This document shows, piece after piece, positions 12,701-27,102 of a stretch of DNA of 64,000 nt. Source of the stretch: Rhizophagus irregularis (taxonomy: Eukaryota); the NCBI RefSeq assembly GCF_026210795.1, contig NC_089434.1, positions 2,232,001 to 2,296,000 on the forward strand, read 5' to 3'. Below the pieces are notes generated by a model that made no database searches, was not told the DNA's origin, and saw only the letters and a list, made by a program, of their open reading frames with translations. The translations under genes were made by a program, and so were the position numbers. Every line of letters begins with the position of its first letter. Position 1 is the stretch's first letter.

Positions 12701-15700
12701 AACTAAAAGGATCATTTAGGGCATTTTTGATTGAGAATTTTCTAAGAGTTCGTTTAGGGAAATTATTTTTTGTATTTTTTAATTAAGGGGATCGCTTAGG
12801 CATTTTGATGAGAGAATTTTCTAATGATTCGTTTGGAGAGATTATTTTTGAGAATTTTTTAACTAAAGGGAACGTTTGGAACATTTTTGATAGAGAATTT
12901 CTAAGAATTTGTTTGGGAAATGGTTTTTCGAGAATTTTTTAACTAAAAGAATCATTTAGAGCATTTTTGATAGAGAATTTTCTAAGAGTTCGTTTGGGGA
13001 AATTATTTTTTGTATTTTTTAATTAAGGGGATCACTTAGAGCATTTTTGATAGAGAATTTTCTAATGATTTGTTTGAAGAGATTGTTTTTGAGAATTTTT
13101 TAACTAAAGGGAACGTTTGGAACATTTTTGATAGAGAATTTTCTAAGAATTTATTTGGGAACTGGTTTTTTGAGAATTTTTTAACTAAAAGGATCATTTA
13201 AGGCATTTTTGATTGAGAATTTTCTAAGGATTCGTTTGGAGAGATTATTTTTGAGAATTTTTTTAACTAAAGGGAACGTTTGGAACATTTTTGATAGAGA
13301 ATTTTCTAAGAATTTGTTTGGGAAATGGTTTTTTGAGAATTTTTTAACTAAAAGAATCATTTAGGGCATTTTTGATTGAGAATTTTCTAAGAGTTCGTTT
13401 AGGGAAATTATTTTTTGTATTTTTTAATTAAGGGGATTGCTTAGGGCATTTTTGATAGAGAATTTTCTAATGATTCGTTTGGAGAGATTATTTTTGAGAA
13501 TTTTTTAACTAAAGGGAACGTTTGGAACATTTTTGATAGAGAATTTTCTAAGAATTTGTTTGGAAAATGGTTTTTCGAGAATTTTTTAACTAAAAGAATC
13601 ATTTAGAGCATTTTTGATAGAGAATTTTCTAAGAGTTCGTTTGGGGAAATTATTTTTTGTATTTTTTAATTAAGGGGATCACTTAGGGCATTTTTGATAG
13701 AGAATTTTCTAATGATTCGTTTGAAGAGATTGTTTTTGAGAATTTTTTAACTAAAGGGAACGTTTGGAACATTTTTGATAGAGAATTTTCTAAGAATTTA
13801 TTTGGGAAATGGTTTTTTTGAGAATTTTTTAACTAAAAGGATCATTTAGGGCATTTTTGATTGAGAATTTTCTAAGGATTCGTTTGGAGAGATTATTTTT
13901 GAGAATTTTTTAACTAAAGGGAACGTTTGGAACATTTTTGATAGAGAATTTTCTAAGAATTTGTTTGGGAAATGGTTTTTTGAGAATTTTTTAACTAAAA
14001 GAATCATTTAGGGCATTTTTGATTGAGAATTTTCTAAGAGTTCGTTTAGGGAAATTATTTTTTGTATTTTTTAATTAAGGGGATTGCTTAGGGCATTTTT
14101 GATAGAGAATTTTCTAATGATTCGTTTGGAGAGATTATTTTTGAGAATTTTTTAACTAAAGGGAACGTTTGGAACATTTTTGATAGAGAATTTTCTAAGA
14201 ATTTGTTTGGAAAATGGTTTTTCGAGAATTTTTTAACTAAAAGAATCATTTAGAGCATTTTTGATAGAGAATTTTCTAAGAGTTCGTTTGGGGAAATTAT
14301 TTTTTGTATTTTTTAATTAAAGGGATCACTTAGGGCATTTTTGATAGAGAATTTTCTAATAATTCGTTTGAAGAGATTGTTTTTGAGAATTTTTTAACTA
14401 AAGGGAACGTTTGGAACATTTTTGATAGAGAATTTTCTAAGAATTTATTTGGGAAATGGTTTTTTGAGAATTTTTTAACTAAAAGGATCATTTAGGGCAT
14501 TTTTGATTGAGAATTTTCTAAGGATTCGTTTGGAGAGATTATTTTTGAGAATTTTTTAACTAAAGGGAATGTTTGGAACATTTTTGATAGAGAATTTTCT
14601 AAGAATTTGTTTGGGAAATAGTTTTTTGAGAATTTTTTAACTAAAAGAATTATTTAGGGCATTTTTGATTGAGAATTTTCTAAGAGTTCGTTTAGGGAAA
14701 TTATTTTTTGTATTTTTTAATTAAGGGGATCGCTTAGGGCATTTTTGATAGAGAATTTTCTAATGATTCGTTTGGAGAGATTGTTTTTGAGAATTTTTTA
14801 ACTAAAGGGAACGTTTGGAACATTTTTGATAGAGAATTTACTAAGAATTTGTTTGGGAAATGGTTTTTCAAGAATTTTTTAACTAAAAGGATCATTTAGG
14901 GCATTTTTGATAGAGAATTTTCTAAGAGTTCGTTTAGGGAAATTATTTTTTGTATTTTTTAATTAAGGGGATCATTTAGGGCATTTTTGATAGAGAATTT
15001 TCTAATGATTCGTTTGGAGAGATTGTTTTTGAGAATTTTTTAATTAAAGGGAACATTTGGAACATTTTTGATAGAGAATTTTCTAAGAATTTATTTGGGA
15101 AATGGTTTTTCAAGAATTTTTTAACTAAAAGGATCATTTAGGGCATTTTTGATAGAGAATTTTCTAAGAGTTCGTTTGGAGAGATTATTTTTGAAAATTT
15201 TTTAACTAAAGGGAATGTTTGGAACATTTTTGATAGAGAATTTTCTAAGAATTTGTTTGGGAAATGGTTTTTCGAGAATTTTTTAACTAAAAGAATCATT
15301 TAGGGCATTTTTGATAAAGAATTTTCTAAGGATTCATTTGGGGAGATTATTTTGAGAATTTTTTAACCAAGGGATCGTTTGAAACATTTTTGATAGAGAA
15401 TTTTCTAAGAGTTCGTTTGGGGAGATTATTTTTAAGAATTTTTTAACCAAAGGGATCGTTTGGGACATTTTTTGACAGAAAATTTCTAGGAGTTCATTTG
15501 GGGAAATTATTTTTTGGGATTTTTTTAACTAAAGGGATCATTTAGGACATTTTATTTTTAATAAAGAAATTCTAAGAATTCATTTGGAAGATTTTTTGAG
15601 ATTTTTTTAATAAATCTTCTAAGGGTTCATTTGAAGAAATTTTTTAAAAAAGTTTTTTAACTAGAGGGGTTATTTCAAATATTTTTTTGATGAGAAATTT

Positions 15701-15770
15701 TCTAAGAGTTCATTTGGAAAGATTTTTTTTTGATAATTTTTAATCGAAGGGGTCATTTGGATTGAGAAAT
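9800..15770. repeat. ~80-bp satellite array with ~240-bp three-variant higher-order repeat
   Basis: Recurrent gagaattttctaaga..tttagggaaattatttttt units cycling through three variants; ends degenerate. Confidence 0.9.
11656..11955. mobile_element. 300-bp MITE inserted in the satellite
   Basis: TIRs aggaccccagatatct / agatatccggggtcct; aaatag duplicated at 11650-11655 and 11956-11961. Confidence 0.85.
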
Positions 15771-16695
15771 TTTTGTTTTTCAACGTAATTTTACCAAATT
15801 TAATTATAAATGTATTCAGGCTATAAAATAACATGTGGTAAGTTACGTTACGTAATATTGTTATCATGTGATCACATAATTTAAATATTTACATTTCGCA
15901 TTTTTGTTTATCTTATTAAAACCTTTTCTTCGTTCTCAATTTTTTTTTACTTAAAAACACAATTTTTTATCTATTTAATATATCCAGAAATACATATTTT
16001 TATATTTTTTTTTGTTTGTTATATCTAGAAATGCATAAAAAGGTATATATTACTAATATTTCTTTTCTTTATTAATGTTTTTCTACCATTTTTTTTTCGT
16101 TTCTTTCTTTTCTTTTACTAATACTCCTACTAATATATTTTTTATTATTTTTTTCTACTATATTAACATTTTTACTATTTAATATTTTCTATTAATATTA
16201 TATTACTACTGATATACGTTCTCTTTCTACTAACATTTTTTATTCTACTAACTTTTTCTTTCTGCTAATGTTTCTACTAATATTTTCTATATTTATATAT
16301 CTATACTAATATTTTTTAATAACATTCTCTTTTCTCTTACTAATATATTTATCATTAATGCTTCTTTTAAATAATCAAACAGGTATAAGCAAACAAGTGA
16401 TTTTATTTTTATGCTACTTTTAGTAGAAGTTATATATTATATATATTTATTCAAGTATTCAAGTATAATTAGTATAATTGTTTTTTTTTAATTAAAAAGT
16501 GTAAATAAATTTAAATTGTAATAAAGTTTTGAATTAAAATTAAAAAAATATATAAATTATGATTGCATTTTATAATTTTTTTGCCTGAAATAACAAACCA
16601 ATGCCAGACTAATGCCAGACCAATGTCAGACCAATATAAAATAAATTTTCTACAAGTTTTTTATTAGTATTATACAGATTTATTACTAGCAAACT

Positions 16696-17118
16696 ATGAG
16701 CAAAAAACAAACAACCCATACTCATAAATTTCTTAGATCAGATGCCCGACGCTTGTCATCTGAAGTTATTGAAGAAATTAGAAATGCTCAGAATAATATT
16801 CCAGATGCTCAGCGTATTATGTGTAAAAAGCATCATATAGGATCAACAACATATCAAAAAATAATTGATAATAAGAGGCTTCCTGAACCTACCGAGAAAT
16901 GGCGCAGAATCATAGAATCTGTCAGCATCTCTGACCAGATTTCAGAAAATAATCAGGAATCTTTACATGATACTTCCTCCTCTGCTATCATACAAGAAGA
17001 CGGGATCACTCATACGGAATATCCTATGGATAATGAGAATGATGCAAATTCTAATGGTCTGAATACAGTAACTAATGGGCGAAAAGATAAAGTTAGTCGA
17101 AAAAAAAAGCTAGTATAA
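16696..17118 (+). CDS. Hypothetical protein, possibly HTH-like; probably frameshifted at the A-run near 17100
   Basis: 140-aa ATG ORF convergent with the Gag-protease gene. Confidence 0.45.
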   Translation: MSKKQTTHTHKFLRSDARRLSSEVIEEIRNAQNNIPDAQRIMCKKHHIGSTTYQKIIDNKRLPEPTEKWRRIIESVSISDQISENNQESLHDTSSSAIIQEDGITHTEYPMDNENDANSNGLNTVTNGRKDKVSRKKKLV

Positions 17119-17342
17119 AGCCAAAATATGAATCTTCTTCTGCAGATAAAGTAGCCAATTCTTTTAAAGATGATATATCTAGACGGGAATTTGATCTTAA
17201 TAAATTAGTAAATATTACTAGAGAAGCTGTCATGCATTTGATCTATTCTCCATAAGTCGTAAGCATTTTTCTGCAAGAATATTACCTGCATTTAATGCCA
17301 TGTCAAGCCATCTCTCAGTTTTTAATAGTTGCTCTTCAAGCT

Positions 17343-20300
17343 TTACGCACTTTTTTTTAAGTTCTCTTCACTATTTGGGCTAGAGGAGTTGGTAGATGTT
17401 TGGTCCTGATCTTCTTTTAGCGGATCCTTGACTACCGAAGCCTTGCTAAAAGTTAGGATAATATATACCTTTCCATGTAACTTTATGCGAAACTGGTTTT
17501 TATTTAGATCGGGAACGCCTTGAACTTTTCGAATGTTTGACATATCAAAAAATAGCATTGGTTCTGTTTCACCATTATCAATACGAACAAAATTTCCAAT
17601 AACTGTGACCGTCTTATCTTCTTTATCCTTCAAAGTAACTGGCACGTCTGTATACCATCCTAATGAATCGGTGATATGCTTGGAATTGCCCTTTATAGCA
17701 AAATTAGATGGTTTATCAGCCTTCCATCCAAGCGCCTTGATTGCTGGGTCATTTATACCACTGACCGAACTCACTGGCAGTATCTAAAAAAGATTTGGAA
17801 ATAATTAAATCATTTATATTAGCATTCAGATATTGTAAAGATGACAACCACTCATCTGATTCTTTCGATTCCTCCTCCTGAGCCTTTCGAGACAAGCACA
17901 TTTTTCATATCGGTGGTGAGAGCTTGGACAATAGCTGATCGTACATTTCAGGTTGGCTAGATTCTAGGGGTGAGATTGCATTAGTATCACTGGTCAACTT
18001 ATCATTTACCTGTTTTTTTTTTCTGATGCATAATACCACCCATTTTCTACTTTGTCATAACCATCTTCCTCATTATCTGAATCTGGAGGCGTATATTGGG
18101 GCTGTGTAGATAGAAGTTGAAGATAGTAATATTGAGTAAAATTGGATTTAGCTACAGGATTTAATCTTGGGCAATTGTTTTTCTTATGCCCTTCCTGTCC
18201 ACAATTACTGCAATAAAAAGGCTTTCGAGATTGATCATTAAGTGATATCCTACCAAACTTAGATGTCATTTGACCAATTTCATCTATTTTTGATTCTAAT
18301 CTATCGATTCTAGATGATTGCAACTTTTCTGGCTTTTGCGGTTTAGGAGGTAGTCCATAAGCTTTTACGACCACTCTCATTATTTCTTCCCTAGTAAGTG
18401 TATCAGGGAAAGAATTAGCGCTTTCATATGTATCAAGAAGCTGTTCCATATTTTTATGAGGAACTGGTGGAGGTATCTTTTTAGTTTACTAGACCATTTG
18501 TGATTGGAAATCGGCTTTTTGTTTTTCTAATAAAGACTGGTATTCAGTTTTTTGCTGTGCTAGTGCATTCTGGATTGCTTTTTGCATATCTTCGAAAGAT
18601 ATTCCATGCTGTTGTGAGGCTGAAACAGGTGAAAGTTCATATATTTGCCGAGATGTTTGATTAGATACTAACAGATCAGATGTTCTATCGCTTTTATGTC
18701 TAGCTATTCGGCGTAATTCTATCTCATAAAGCTTTTTAGCTAATTCATCTAATGGCAAATGTTCACCAATATCTTCAGCTTTTTTAAGCAATAAAAGTGG
18801 TAAAGCATCTAAGAACTTTCTACGTAATTCTTCAGGTCTATAGTTGGCTCGTCTATCTATTCATAATATTTTTCTATATAATTCATCTATAGTCATGTCT
18901 CCCTTTCTAATTGTTCTATACATGAAATCCCAAAGTTCCTCTTCTACTGTAAGGAAATGAGTTTTTAGCCACCATACGGCTTGACCAAATCAAATACCAG
19001 CTATAACTACTGTATTTCCAGCATTAGCATTTGGTGCATTTACAGGAGCATTAGTAGGACGGCCACCTGCTATATGCCAGTCTTCATTCTAAGCATCTTC
19101 TACAGCTCTTAATTTGAATATTGCATTTCCTGGTTGGCCAACAGCCTCATTTAATGCATTAGCTCCTATCTGTACTGCAGTTCATCCATTTACTGCAACT
19201 AAGTTAGCCTGCCCTGTATTATCGAGTAAGTTAGTTAGCTCCCAATTCTGCTTTGTAGTAATCTCATCATCAAACCATTCTAAAGTCCTTCCTCTCATAA
19301 CGGCTTTTAAATGTCCTATTGCATTATTTCTTCCTGTTGGAGGACTTGCTGCATTATCATTTGGATCTATTCCCTGATTCTGCAAGTCTAGTCTAAGTTG
19401 TGCAAGAAAGTCTGGGATACTATCATCCCAGTCAAAATATGAATAAGGTATTCCTGCCATGTTTACTTGATTAGGTAGATTATTCTGAAGTGCCAAAATT
19501 TGTTCCTGCAAATTTAAATTATTCTGTCGCTCTGCTTGGGTCTTATTTTTCCATTTCTCGTATCGCTCATAGAGCCTATCACAATTAAATTCTAACAGAC
19601 CTATATTCCCTCTACTTCGCTGTAAGTGATGGGCATTTTGCTGATATAGCAATTGTAAGGCAAATTTTTCCTGTAGCAATATACCAATACAGATTCGCTT
19701 TCCTGTTATATTGTCTAACATTCTATTTACTTGATTTCGAGCATTGGTCCGCAACTGATAAAGGTCAGCAATAACCATTTGTTCCACTCCTTTAGCATTT
19801 TGCCTTCATATAATTTCATTATCATGCTCAGCCTCTACATCATATCGCCTTTGTTGCTCACGGACTAAATCCTAATGCAAATTATTCTCTTTTCAGCAAA
19901 TCTGCCTTGTCGCCCTTTTTATTTGATCAGCCAAGATTTCTCTACCTATTGTTGTATTATTCAGATAACCATCTATAGCATTTGCTAGCTCTGTGATGAT
20001 AGCCATTTCTAAGTTAATATTAGGATTATACAAGTCTAAAGAATTCCCTTGTTCTGGCAAATTTTTTTGTGATGAAATGGTTCTGATCCGACATCGCAAT
20101 TTCTCTACCTGTTCCTCAGAATTTACTAACTGATTTTCTATACTAGAAATATGTTTTTCATTATCACAAATATCCTTCTTAGCTTGATATAGTTGCTTTT
20201 AATTTCAGACTGGAGATTTCAGATTTTAACTCTACTATCTTTTCTTTCGAAGCATTTTCAAGGCGCTCTATCTCCCTATTGAGATCTTGAATTTTTTGCT

Positions 20301-20469
20301 CACATCAGGCATAATCTCGTTCCAGTTGATTAATTTGTCTCTCATTTTGGTGATTAGTATCAATTTCTATCTGCAATTCATTACGAAGATGATAATTCTC
20401 TTCTTCCAGCTCAGCTTTATGTTCTTCACATGTTTTTCTCTGCCTTGGGTGAGATCTGTGAAATGACAT
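17343..20469 (-). pseudogene. Coiled-coil + Gag-like + CCHC zinc knuckle + retropepsin-like aspartic protease; no RT
   Basis: Collinear ORF fragments; MRGRTLEWFD Gag-like segment, CSNCGQEGHKKNNC knuckle, FLDTASE near 17780 followed by IKALGW..SLGWYTDVPV. Confidence 0.75.
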
Positions 20470-20762
20470 TCTTTTTTCGTGATTATAAAAGAGAATGGGA
20501 GAACCTTTGATTTATATTGATCCTCAGAAAGCGCATGATCTTAACTAGGATCTGGGTTAAGGACTAATCTGGAAAATTTGGCAGGTGATATATTTCATTT
20601 ATAGCGCATTCGACCAATTTTACTAGGCGATCATGTATGCAGATTATTTAGCATAAAAAATAAAGAATAAGTTATACATTGCACCTTTGGCTAAATAATA
20701 TTAATTTTCAGTTAAAAGCAATAGTCTATAATTAAGATATTTCTCAGAATCAGTCAAGTCAG

Positions 20763-21578
20763 TTAGACAATTGTGATTAGTGTTCCATTTCTCAATCTTA
20801 ACGCAGTGCCTTTTGGCTGATTAAGATGGGTTAAGTTTTTTTGTTTTGCATATATAGATGAGATAAATATTTCGCTTCCACTTGTTCTATCAAACTGCAG
20901 GAGGGAATCAGGTGTAATTTTTTCAGGATATAATACCCCCCTCTGGTCAGAAGATTTTTCACACAATATTTCTGACTTTGATCTTGCAAGAAGATAGGCT
21001 TCTATATATTTATTAGTCTTGGAACATGAGTTATCCCAATGATTCTTCATCAAATCTTCAGGCTTAATCTTATACCCATATCTCCGCCATCCACTGAAAT
21101 ATGTCTTTTTTGGTTTTTCATCAGTGATCTTTACTAATTTCCAACAATCGAAACAAATAGCCATTTTGCTATTGTGAATATTAGGTCTGTGATAACCAAT
21201 GGCAACTTCTCTCCCTTCGTAGTTACTATAGTATGTCTTGGTTACTCCTTGTCCAGATGATCTGAAAAGGCAGAATACATGATAATAACTTTTATGGCCT
21301 TCAGTAATCAATGCTTGCAAAGCGTCTTTTACACGAATAGCCCATTGCTGAGGAGTTTCATACGAACTAATAATAGATAAATTATCATATCTTTTTTCCA
21401 CCTCAATCATCTTTTCGAATTGACCAGGATAATGAAAACCATATTTGTTTCTAATATATTCAATATCGTATCCAGGATGAAGATTGATGGGTTTAGGCAC
21501 AATTTTATTATAATCATTGTCTAAAATAATGTCAATACACTTATTAGGCCTTGGTCTGTTAATATGAGTTCCTGACAT
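20763..21578 (-). CDS. Hypothetical protein (271 aa), possible Zn-binding CxxC..H..C
   Basis: Uninterrupted ATG ORF; CFDC...NHWDNSC. Confidence 0.6.
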   Translation of the reverse strand: MSGTHINRPRPNKCIDIILDNDYNKIVPKPINLHPGYDIEYIRNKYGFHYPGQFEKMIEVEKRYDNLSIISSYETPQQWAIRVKDALQALITEGHKSYYHVFCLFRSSGQGVTKTYYSNYEGREVAIGYHRPNIHNSKMAICFDCWKLVKITDEKPKKTYFSGWRRYGYKIKPEDLMKNHWDNSCSKTNKYIEAYLLARSKSEILCEKSSDQRGVLYPEKITPDSLLQFDRTSGSEIFISSIYAKQKNLTHLNQPKGTALRLRNGTLITIV

Positions 21579-22205
21579 ATTTAACGATTTATAGTATTTT
21601 TAATGAATTCTGACAATTCTTTAGCAACTTATACTAGATAATATCACCATTCAAATTTATACGGATTTACTGATTAGCGATTAGTTGATTTGTAGCCGAT
21701 TTGTGAGACTACATGCTAGTAAATCCAAAATTCATTTTTTATTGTTAACAAAGTCGGATTTATATCTCGGCTAAGCTAATTTTATATTTACATGATCTAT
21801 CGTGATTAATAGGGATTAGCCGGAGGCGCTTTGCATGATGTATAACATAAAAATTTGTATCACCCTGGCTCCCAGTCAGTTCCCGGAACTTCCTCGCAAC
21901 CTTCCCGCAACTCAAATCACAAGATGATCGGCCAATCAGATTTTGCGCAGTAGCTAAGCAGTTCATATACTGTGTAGCATTTATAAGATACACAAGTTTA
22001 AAAATAATTGATAAGGTAGAAATAATAAGCATACATGGCTAAAACTTCATCAAGTGTGATTAGGTAAGTAGAAATTTCAAAATCGGAAAATTTTCAGGAT
22101 GGTCACACTTGAAAAAACAGTTGGCGCAGTAGTTCACGAGTTTTGCCAAGAAAAATTGCGTTATTATTATATGTTTATTGTTTTTAATATCTTACATTTA
22201 CATTA

Positions 22206-24560
22206 TATAGCATGATTTCACTTTGATATAACTGAAGTGGCTTTTGACAAGGTTTATAGAATAAAAAATTAGTCTTCATAGTCATAGTTCAAATCTTCAT
22301 AGTCGAAATCTTCATATATAACTTCTGTAGCTTCCCACATTGAAAGATTTTTTGGGACCCAGATCCAATCCCGAATTGTGGGTACATTACTAATAGGATC
22401 AGCAAGCATTAATTTTTTTAGTTCTCTTGTTTGTTTTTTAAGTCCATCCTGAGAACAAAAACATAAAGTTAGACTAAAGTTCCTATAATATCCATGACAT
22501 ACATATAGAAAATACTTACTATTAAAGCATATAATAGTTCGAAAACCTCTATGAATTTTTCAACTTCATCGAAAGAAAACGGTAGCACAGCAGACTTAAT
22601 CTGCGAAATCTTATAAAAATGCTTCAATTCGATCACCTAACGTGAACAACAAAAATAAGATTTGTATGGATTAAAAGAAATTATAATTATAAGACAGTAA
22701 GTATATTACCTATACATTGCACCATATATACGCATATGTTTCTTGCCTTTTCCGCGCCTTTACCTAAGTAGCCTCTAAGCAAAGAGATCAAACCAAACAT
22801 AGCCTCCTTGATGAGTTTTTCAGTATCCTCTTTGACGTGTTTCATAACAGCATTCTCCGGTCCTCCAGAAACTTCATTTCTTTATTGCTTGAAACCTTAG
22901 AACCAATTCCATCAACTTTATTTAGTGTGAAATCGAATTCTGGAAACAATTCTTTTATATCTTTTATGCAACTTGCTTGTACTTCGATCCAATCAAATGA
23001 ATACTCTCGATATACCGATTGAATCGCCTTGAATAAAGGCACTATCCTATCCACGGTATACTTCCTTTCTCCAATAAAACGATTTAATGGGCCTTTATCA
23101 GTCATGGAAAAGCTATTTCAGACAGGTGAATTAGCCAATTGTGCTAAAAGGGATGTAAAGACCATGATAATATACTCACAAGTCATATAAAATTGTTTTG
23201 CAGATTTGTTGAAATGGATGGGCTTGAGTTGAATTTAGTGGAGCCATAATATTGCTTTCGAACACATCTTTTTCTGACTGGTAGTTAATAAATTTTTTTT
23301 TAATAATATTTAACATAAGACCTAAAAAGATTTATGTATACTTACTGATAATACATTTACAATCCAAATACGAATTTCTTTCGGAATTAGATCAACATGA
23401 TCTACTTTCATTATCACACATTGATTGTTAACGTAGACTGAAAAATGTTTAGCCAGGTGTTGCATAGTGTGTTTGTAAAGGGTTGGCTTTTCTGGGGTCG
23501 TAACAGTTACTTTACGAGGTCTCATAGGTGGTGTCTTGGGCTGATGATCTCCCTCAGACTTGCGCTTTCCTGGATGATTTAAAATATTTGACAATGACAA
23601 CATAGATGTATTTGTCTAAATAGGTATAAGTAAATCAATTCGCCAAGTTTTGGAGATAAGGAAATACACAGTAGATTACCAAATCATTGTCGCCGGATTG
23701 GTATAGACCGAGGAGGTCTTGTTGCTGAATATTAAAAACATGCTGTTGACCAGCGGTCGTGCCTTCTAACATGCGTAAGACACCATCAGCCTTATAACAT
23801 AGTCATATTAGTAATTAGGATCATCATGTTGAAACTAATACTCTAAAATCACTGTATTTTTCACTTACCCTTGCGATGCCAATTCGATCCCCGTAGCGTT
23901 TTTTTTCGATCGTTGTCCAGAAATTGTGGACATTCCCAGAAGATCTCTCATTCTTTTATAGAAAAGAAAACAAATATTAATGAGGCGTATGCAGTCTTGA
24001 ATAATGAAGATAATGGGAGGGATAATTCCAACATTGACGAGGACGCAAAGTTAAATAACCTATTTTTGAAACTACCCGTATTATTGACGAATCAAAGTGG
24101 ACCATAACACAACACGAAGTCTAACAACCAGTTGGGACGAACCCATCCAGTTGCGTTATGGCAATAACGCGAAGTCTATTCAAGGACGCCTGAGGGAAGA
24201 CGAACTCCACTCTCACCCGCCAAAGCGAATTCAGCTGGCTACTCAGGGTTTGTCAATACATCACGTATTTGTCTCGGGACTGAAATGTATTCAAGTCTTT
24301 GAACCCAACCATGACTCGTCTACTTTAATCGCTAATAAATACAATACTTAACCTCAAAATTAAGAAGACACTTTCGAGCTTGATCGTGATCTTTGGATAA
24401 CAAATTCAGAGCACTCTTGTATAACATATGCTCTTTCACTTTGTCATGTGAAATCGTCTACACCCTCTCTGTACTGGAGAAACGAAAATAGTGACCAAGT
24501 CGAGCTACTCTTGAAGAACTGTTCTATTGTTTCATGCACCTGAGGTGGTATTTGTGACAT
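22206..24560 (-). pseudogene. Multi-exon gene with a C-terminal PD-(D/E)XK-like domain, decayed
   Basis: Minus-strand splice signals; exon with KVDGIG..KFLE..KEDTEKLIKE; ATG at 24560; boundaries approximate. Confidence 0.45.
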
Positions 24561-25101
24561 TTTGTTAGAGATTAGCTGAGGATTAGGTGAGGTTCGACTT
24601 ATATATTAATCTTGAGTCTAAGCCACAAAAACTGACACATGCATCACACACGGATCACGTGCCGGTCGGTCACCTCAAAAATTGGATTACTGCTCGCACT
24701 AAATAATAAAGGGAGCACTGAAATTTGCTAGGGGAAGTAAATGAAATGTAGATACGCGGAATCCTAGGCAATTTAACGCGAGTCTCAGTATCAAGTTATT
24801 TCTTAACTCTCTTTTGACGCTTAATTTTTTCATTACAAACCAGATATGGGCAAATTATTTCTCATTGATAAGCGAATGCAAAATTTATATTTGAGAACGT
24901 ATATACAAATAAAACACACCCGTTTAAAAAATTAGAAGCGAAATCTTTATTATATTTTTTTCGTAATGTAAGTAATACATGAGAAAAGGCCGGCCGGCTA
25001 TGTAAAAAAAAATGAAACTAATAAAAGATATTGGAGTAGCAGGTTGTTTCAAGGGAGGAATTTGCCGAGCCCCAACTCATATAATGGCAGTTCCTTTCCC
25101 G

Positions 25102-26038
25102 CTACTCTGCATTATTATTAAAACTAGCTACCCATGCGTTTATCTGTTTAACTGTGCTAACTTTACTACCACTAACACCATTATAAAAATTTTTCACTGT
25201 TGAAATCTTAATATTTCCTCCAAGACTACGAATATCAACTACTACCGAGAAGCACATCTCATCAAAAGTATAATTCCTCGCCTTCATAAGTCGATCAAAG
25301 TGTTGTTTAAAGCGAATTTTAATGTCTGAAGTAATATCTAAAATTCCAAATAAATTGGAACTCCCAGAAGAAGAGCTTGGAGATGAATTACTTGAAGAGC
25401 CTCGCGAATTAGTTTCAGATTCATTGGTCGAATTAGCTTCAGATTCATTGGACACACTTTGTTGGTCAAAATTGGATCTTTGAACTATTGTGTAATGTTG
25501 ATTTATTTCGTTTTGGAGATTTTCGATAACAACATTAATTCTGCCAAATTCATTACGGCAGGCTTCTTAACTTTCGTAGTTATGTTATTCAAAATTTTCT
25601 GCGCCTTCCTAGTGAAGTCATCATCACGTGCCTTGTTTTTTTTTTCGGCTTCCATGGTAAGTTTACTATTAAGTTCGGTATTAATTTTGCCAAACCCCGC
25701 ATTAACTTCTTCGTTAAATTTATTATTAAGATCATTATTGATTCTGCCGAGCTTTGCAGTGAAAGTAGGATTAATATCGGAAATACATGTGACAAATTTA
25801 TCATTAAGTTCAGTAAAGATCTGGTCATGAAGTGGCCTCTTTCCGATTTCCGGTATATTATTTAGTATACCAAGATCGTTGACAATTTTGATGACACGTG
25901 CGGAGAGTTCATTAGAGATCTTTTGTTTTAGATGGTGACGATCCCTACGAATATCGCTGGACTAACGAACAAAAAAACAGCGGTTAAAACCAAAAATGGT
26001 ATGCTTCCAGAAGAGTTGAGCAATGACAAACTGGACAT
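25102..26038 (-). CDS. Hypothetical protein with Ser-rich linker; gene model uncertain
   Basis: 117-aa terminal ORF plus upstream open minus-strand frames. Confidence 0.35.
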
Positions 26039-27102
26039 GATTAGGTAAATTGATGCGTAGTAAATATATAGAGAAGCTTATTGGTGGATCAGAATTTTTT
26101 AGATAATTTTTTTATATCAGTTATCTTGCGTAAATGTGCTGGGAAAAAGGTTTATTTTATACTGTATATCTACTACGCGCGAAAAGAGAATTTAACCCGA
26201 TTTAAATAGATCAAATAAAAAATTACGTTGCTTCATTATGTGTATTTGTCATTATTATATTTTTTCATAATTATATTTTTTTCCACCTAAAGCAATAAAA
26301 TGACGGCCTGGATCCCGTCTAATAATAACAAATGTCTCTCCCTGAATTTAACAATACGGCTTAAAATTAAATTCGACGAATTACGGTTTTATGACAACTT
26401 AATATTAATACTAATAGAGCAATGCCATATCTCAAAATTTTCCATTTATTTCCAAGATCTCTTACAAAATAGAAGATCGCATGTGGTGCATGTAAGCGCA
26501 TCTTTGTTTGAGTTCACAACCCCTATTTCAATTGTAATCACAAAAAAGGAATATAAAATGAATGGATTGAGGTCTGTAGATGACGAATCGCACATGTACA
26601 ACTAATTCCTATTCAAAAAACAGATTAATATGTGATTAACCTGTATACGTAATTTGAATGCGCTAATAAAACTAGGATAATAAAAATTTACCGTTTATCT
26701 GAGGATCTGTAAATCATTGATTCTAATCAGCTCTATTTCTATTTTTGAATTTCTTTTAACGACGCCCTGTCTTACGATCAGCATGTAAATCAGGATGTGT
26801 TATTTTTTATTAGTAATTCAGAACTGCGTAATGAGCGAGAAAGAACATACCAAAACTTCTTTTGGCTTGGCGCTGGGGAAAGTTCATCAGTATAGCAACA
26901 CAAAAATAATTCTCTTGGCCGGAGTTATTAATAGATCCTCTAAAAATAATGACTGCGGATGCCGGTGACGTACTACTGTGCATAAAATATTCTGCAGATG
27001 ACTTTTTACTGTGCACTATATTTAAGCCACCTATGTGATTTGAAAAAAAGAAATACAGTATAATTCAGTCTATGTGAATATGCAATTTATCCAATAATTC
27101 TC

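Noticed and set aside
9800..15770. CRISPR array or repeat-protein gene
   Set aside because: No unique spacers, eukaryotic context, and the 80-bp unit does not preserve a frame
17343..20469. Complete Ty3/Gypsy LTR retrotransposon
   Set aside because: No RT/RNase H and no LTR pair seen; the integrase at 6237-7444 is Maverick-type and separate
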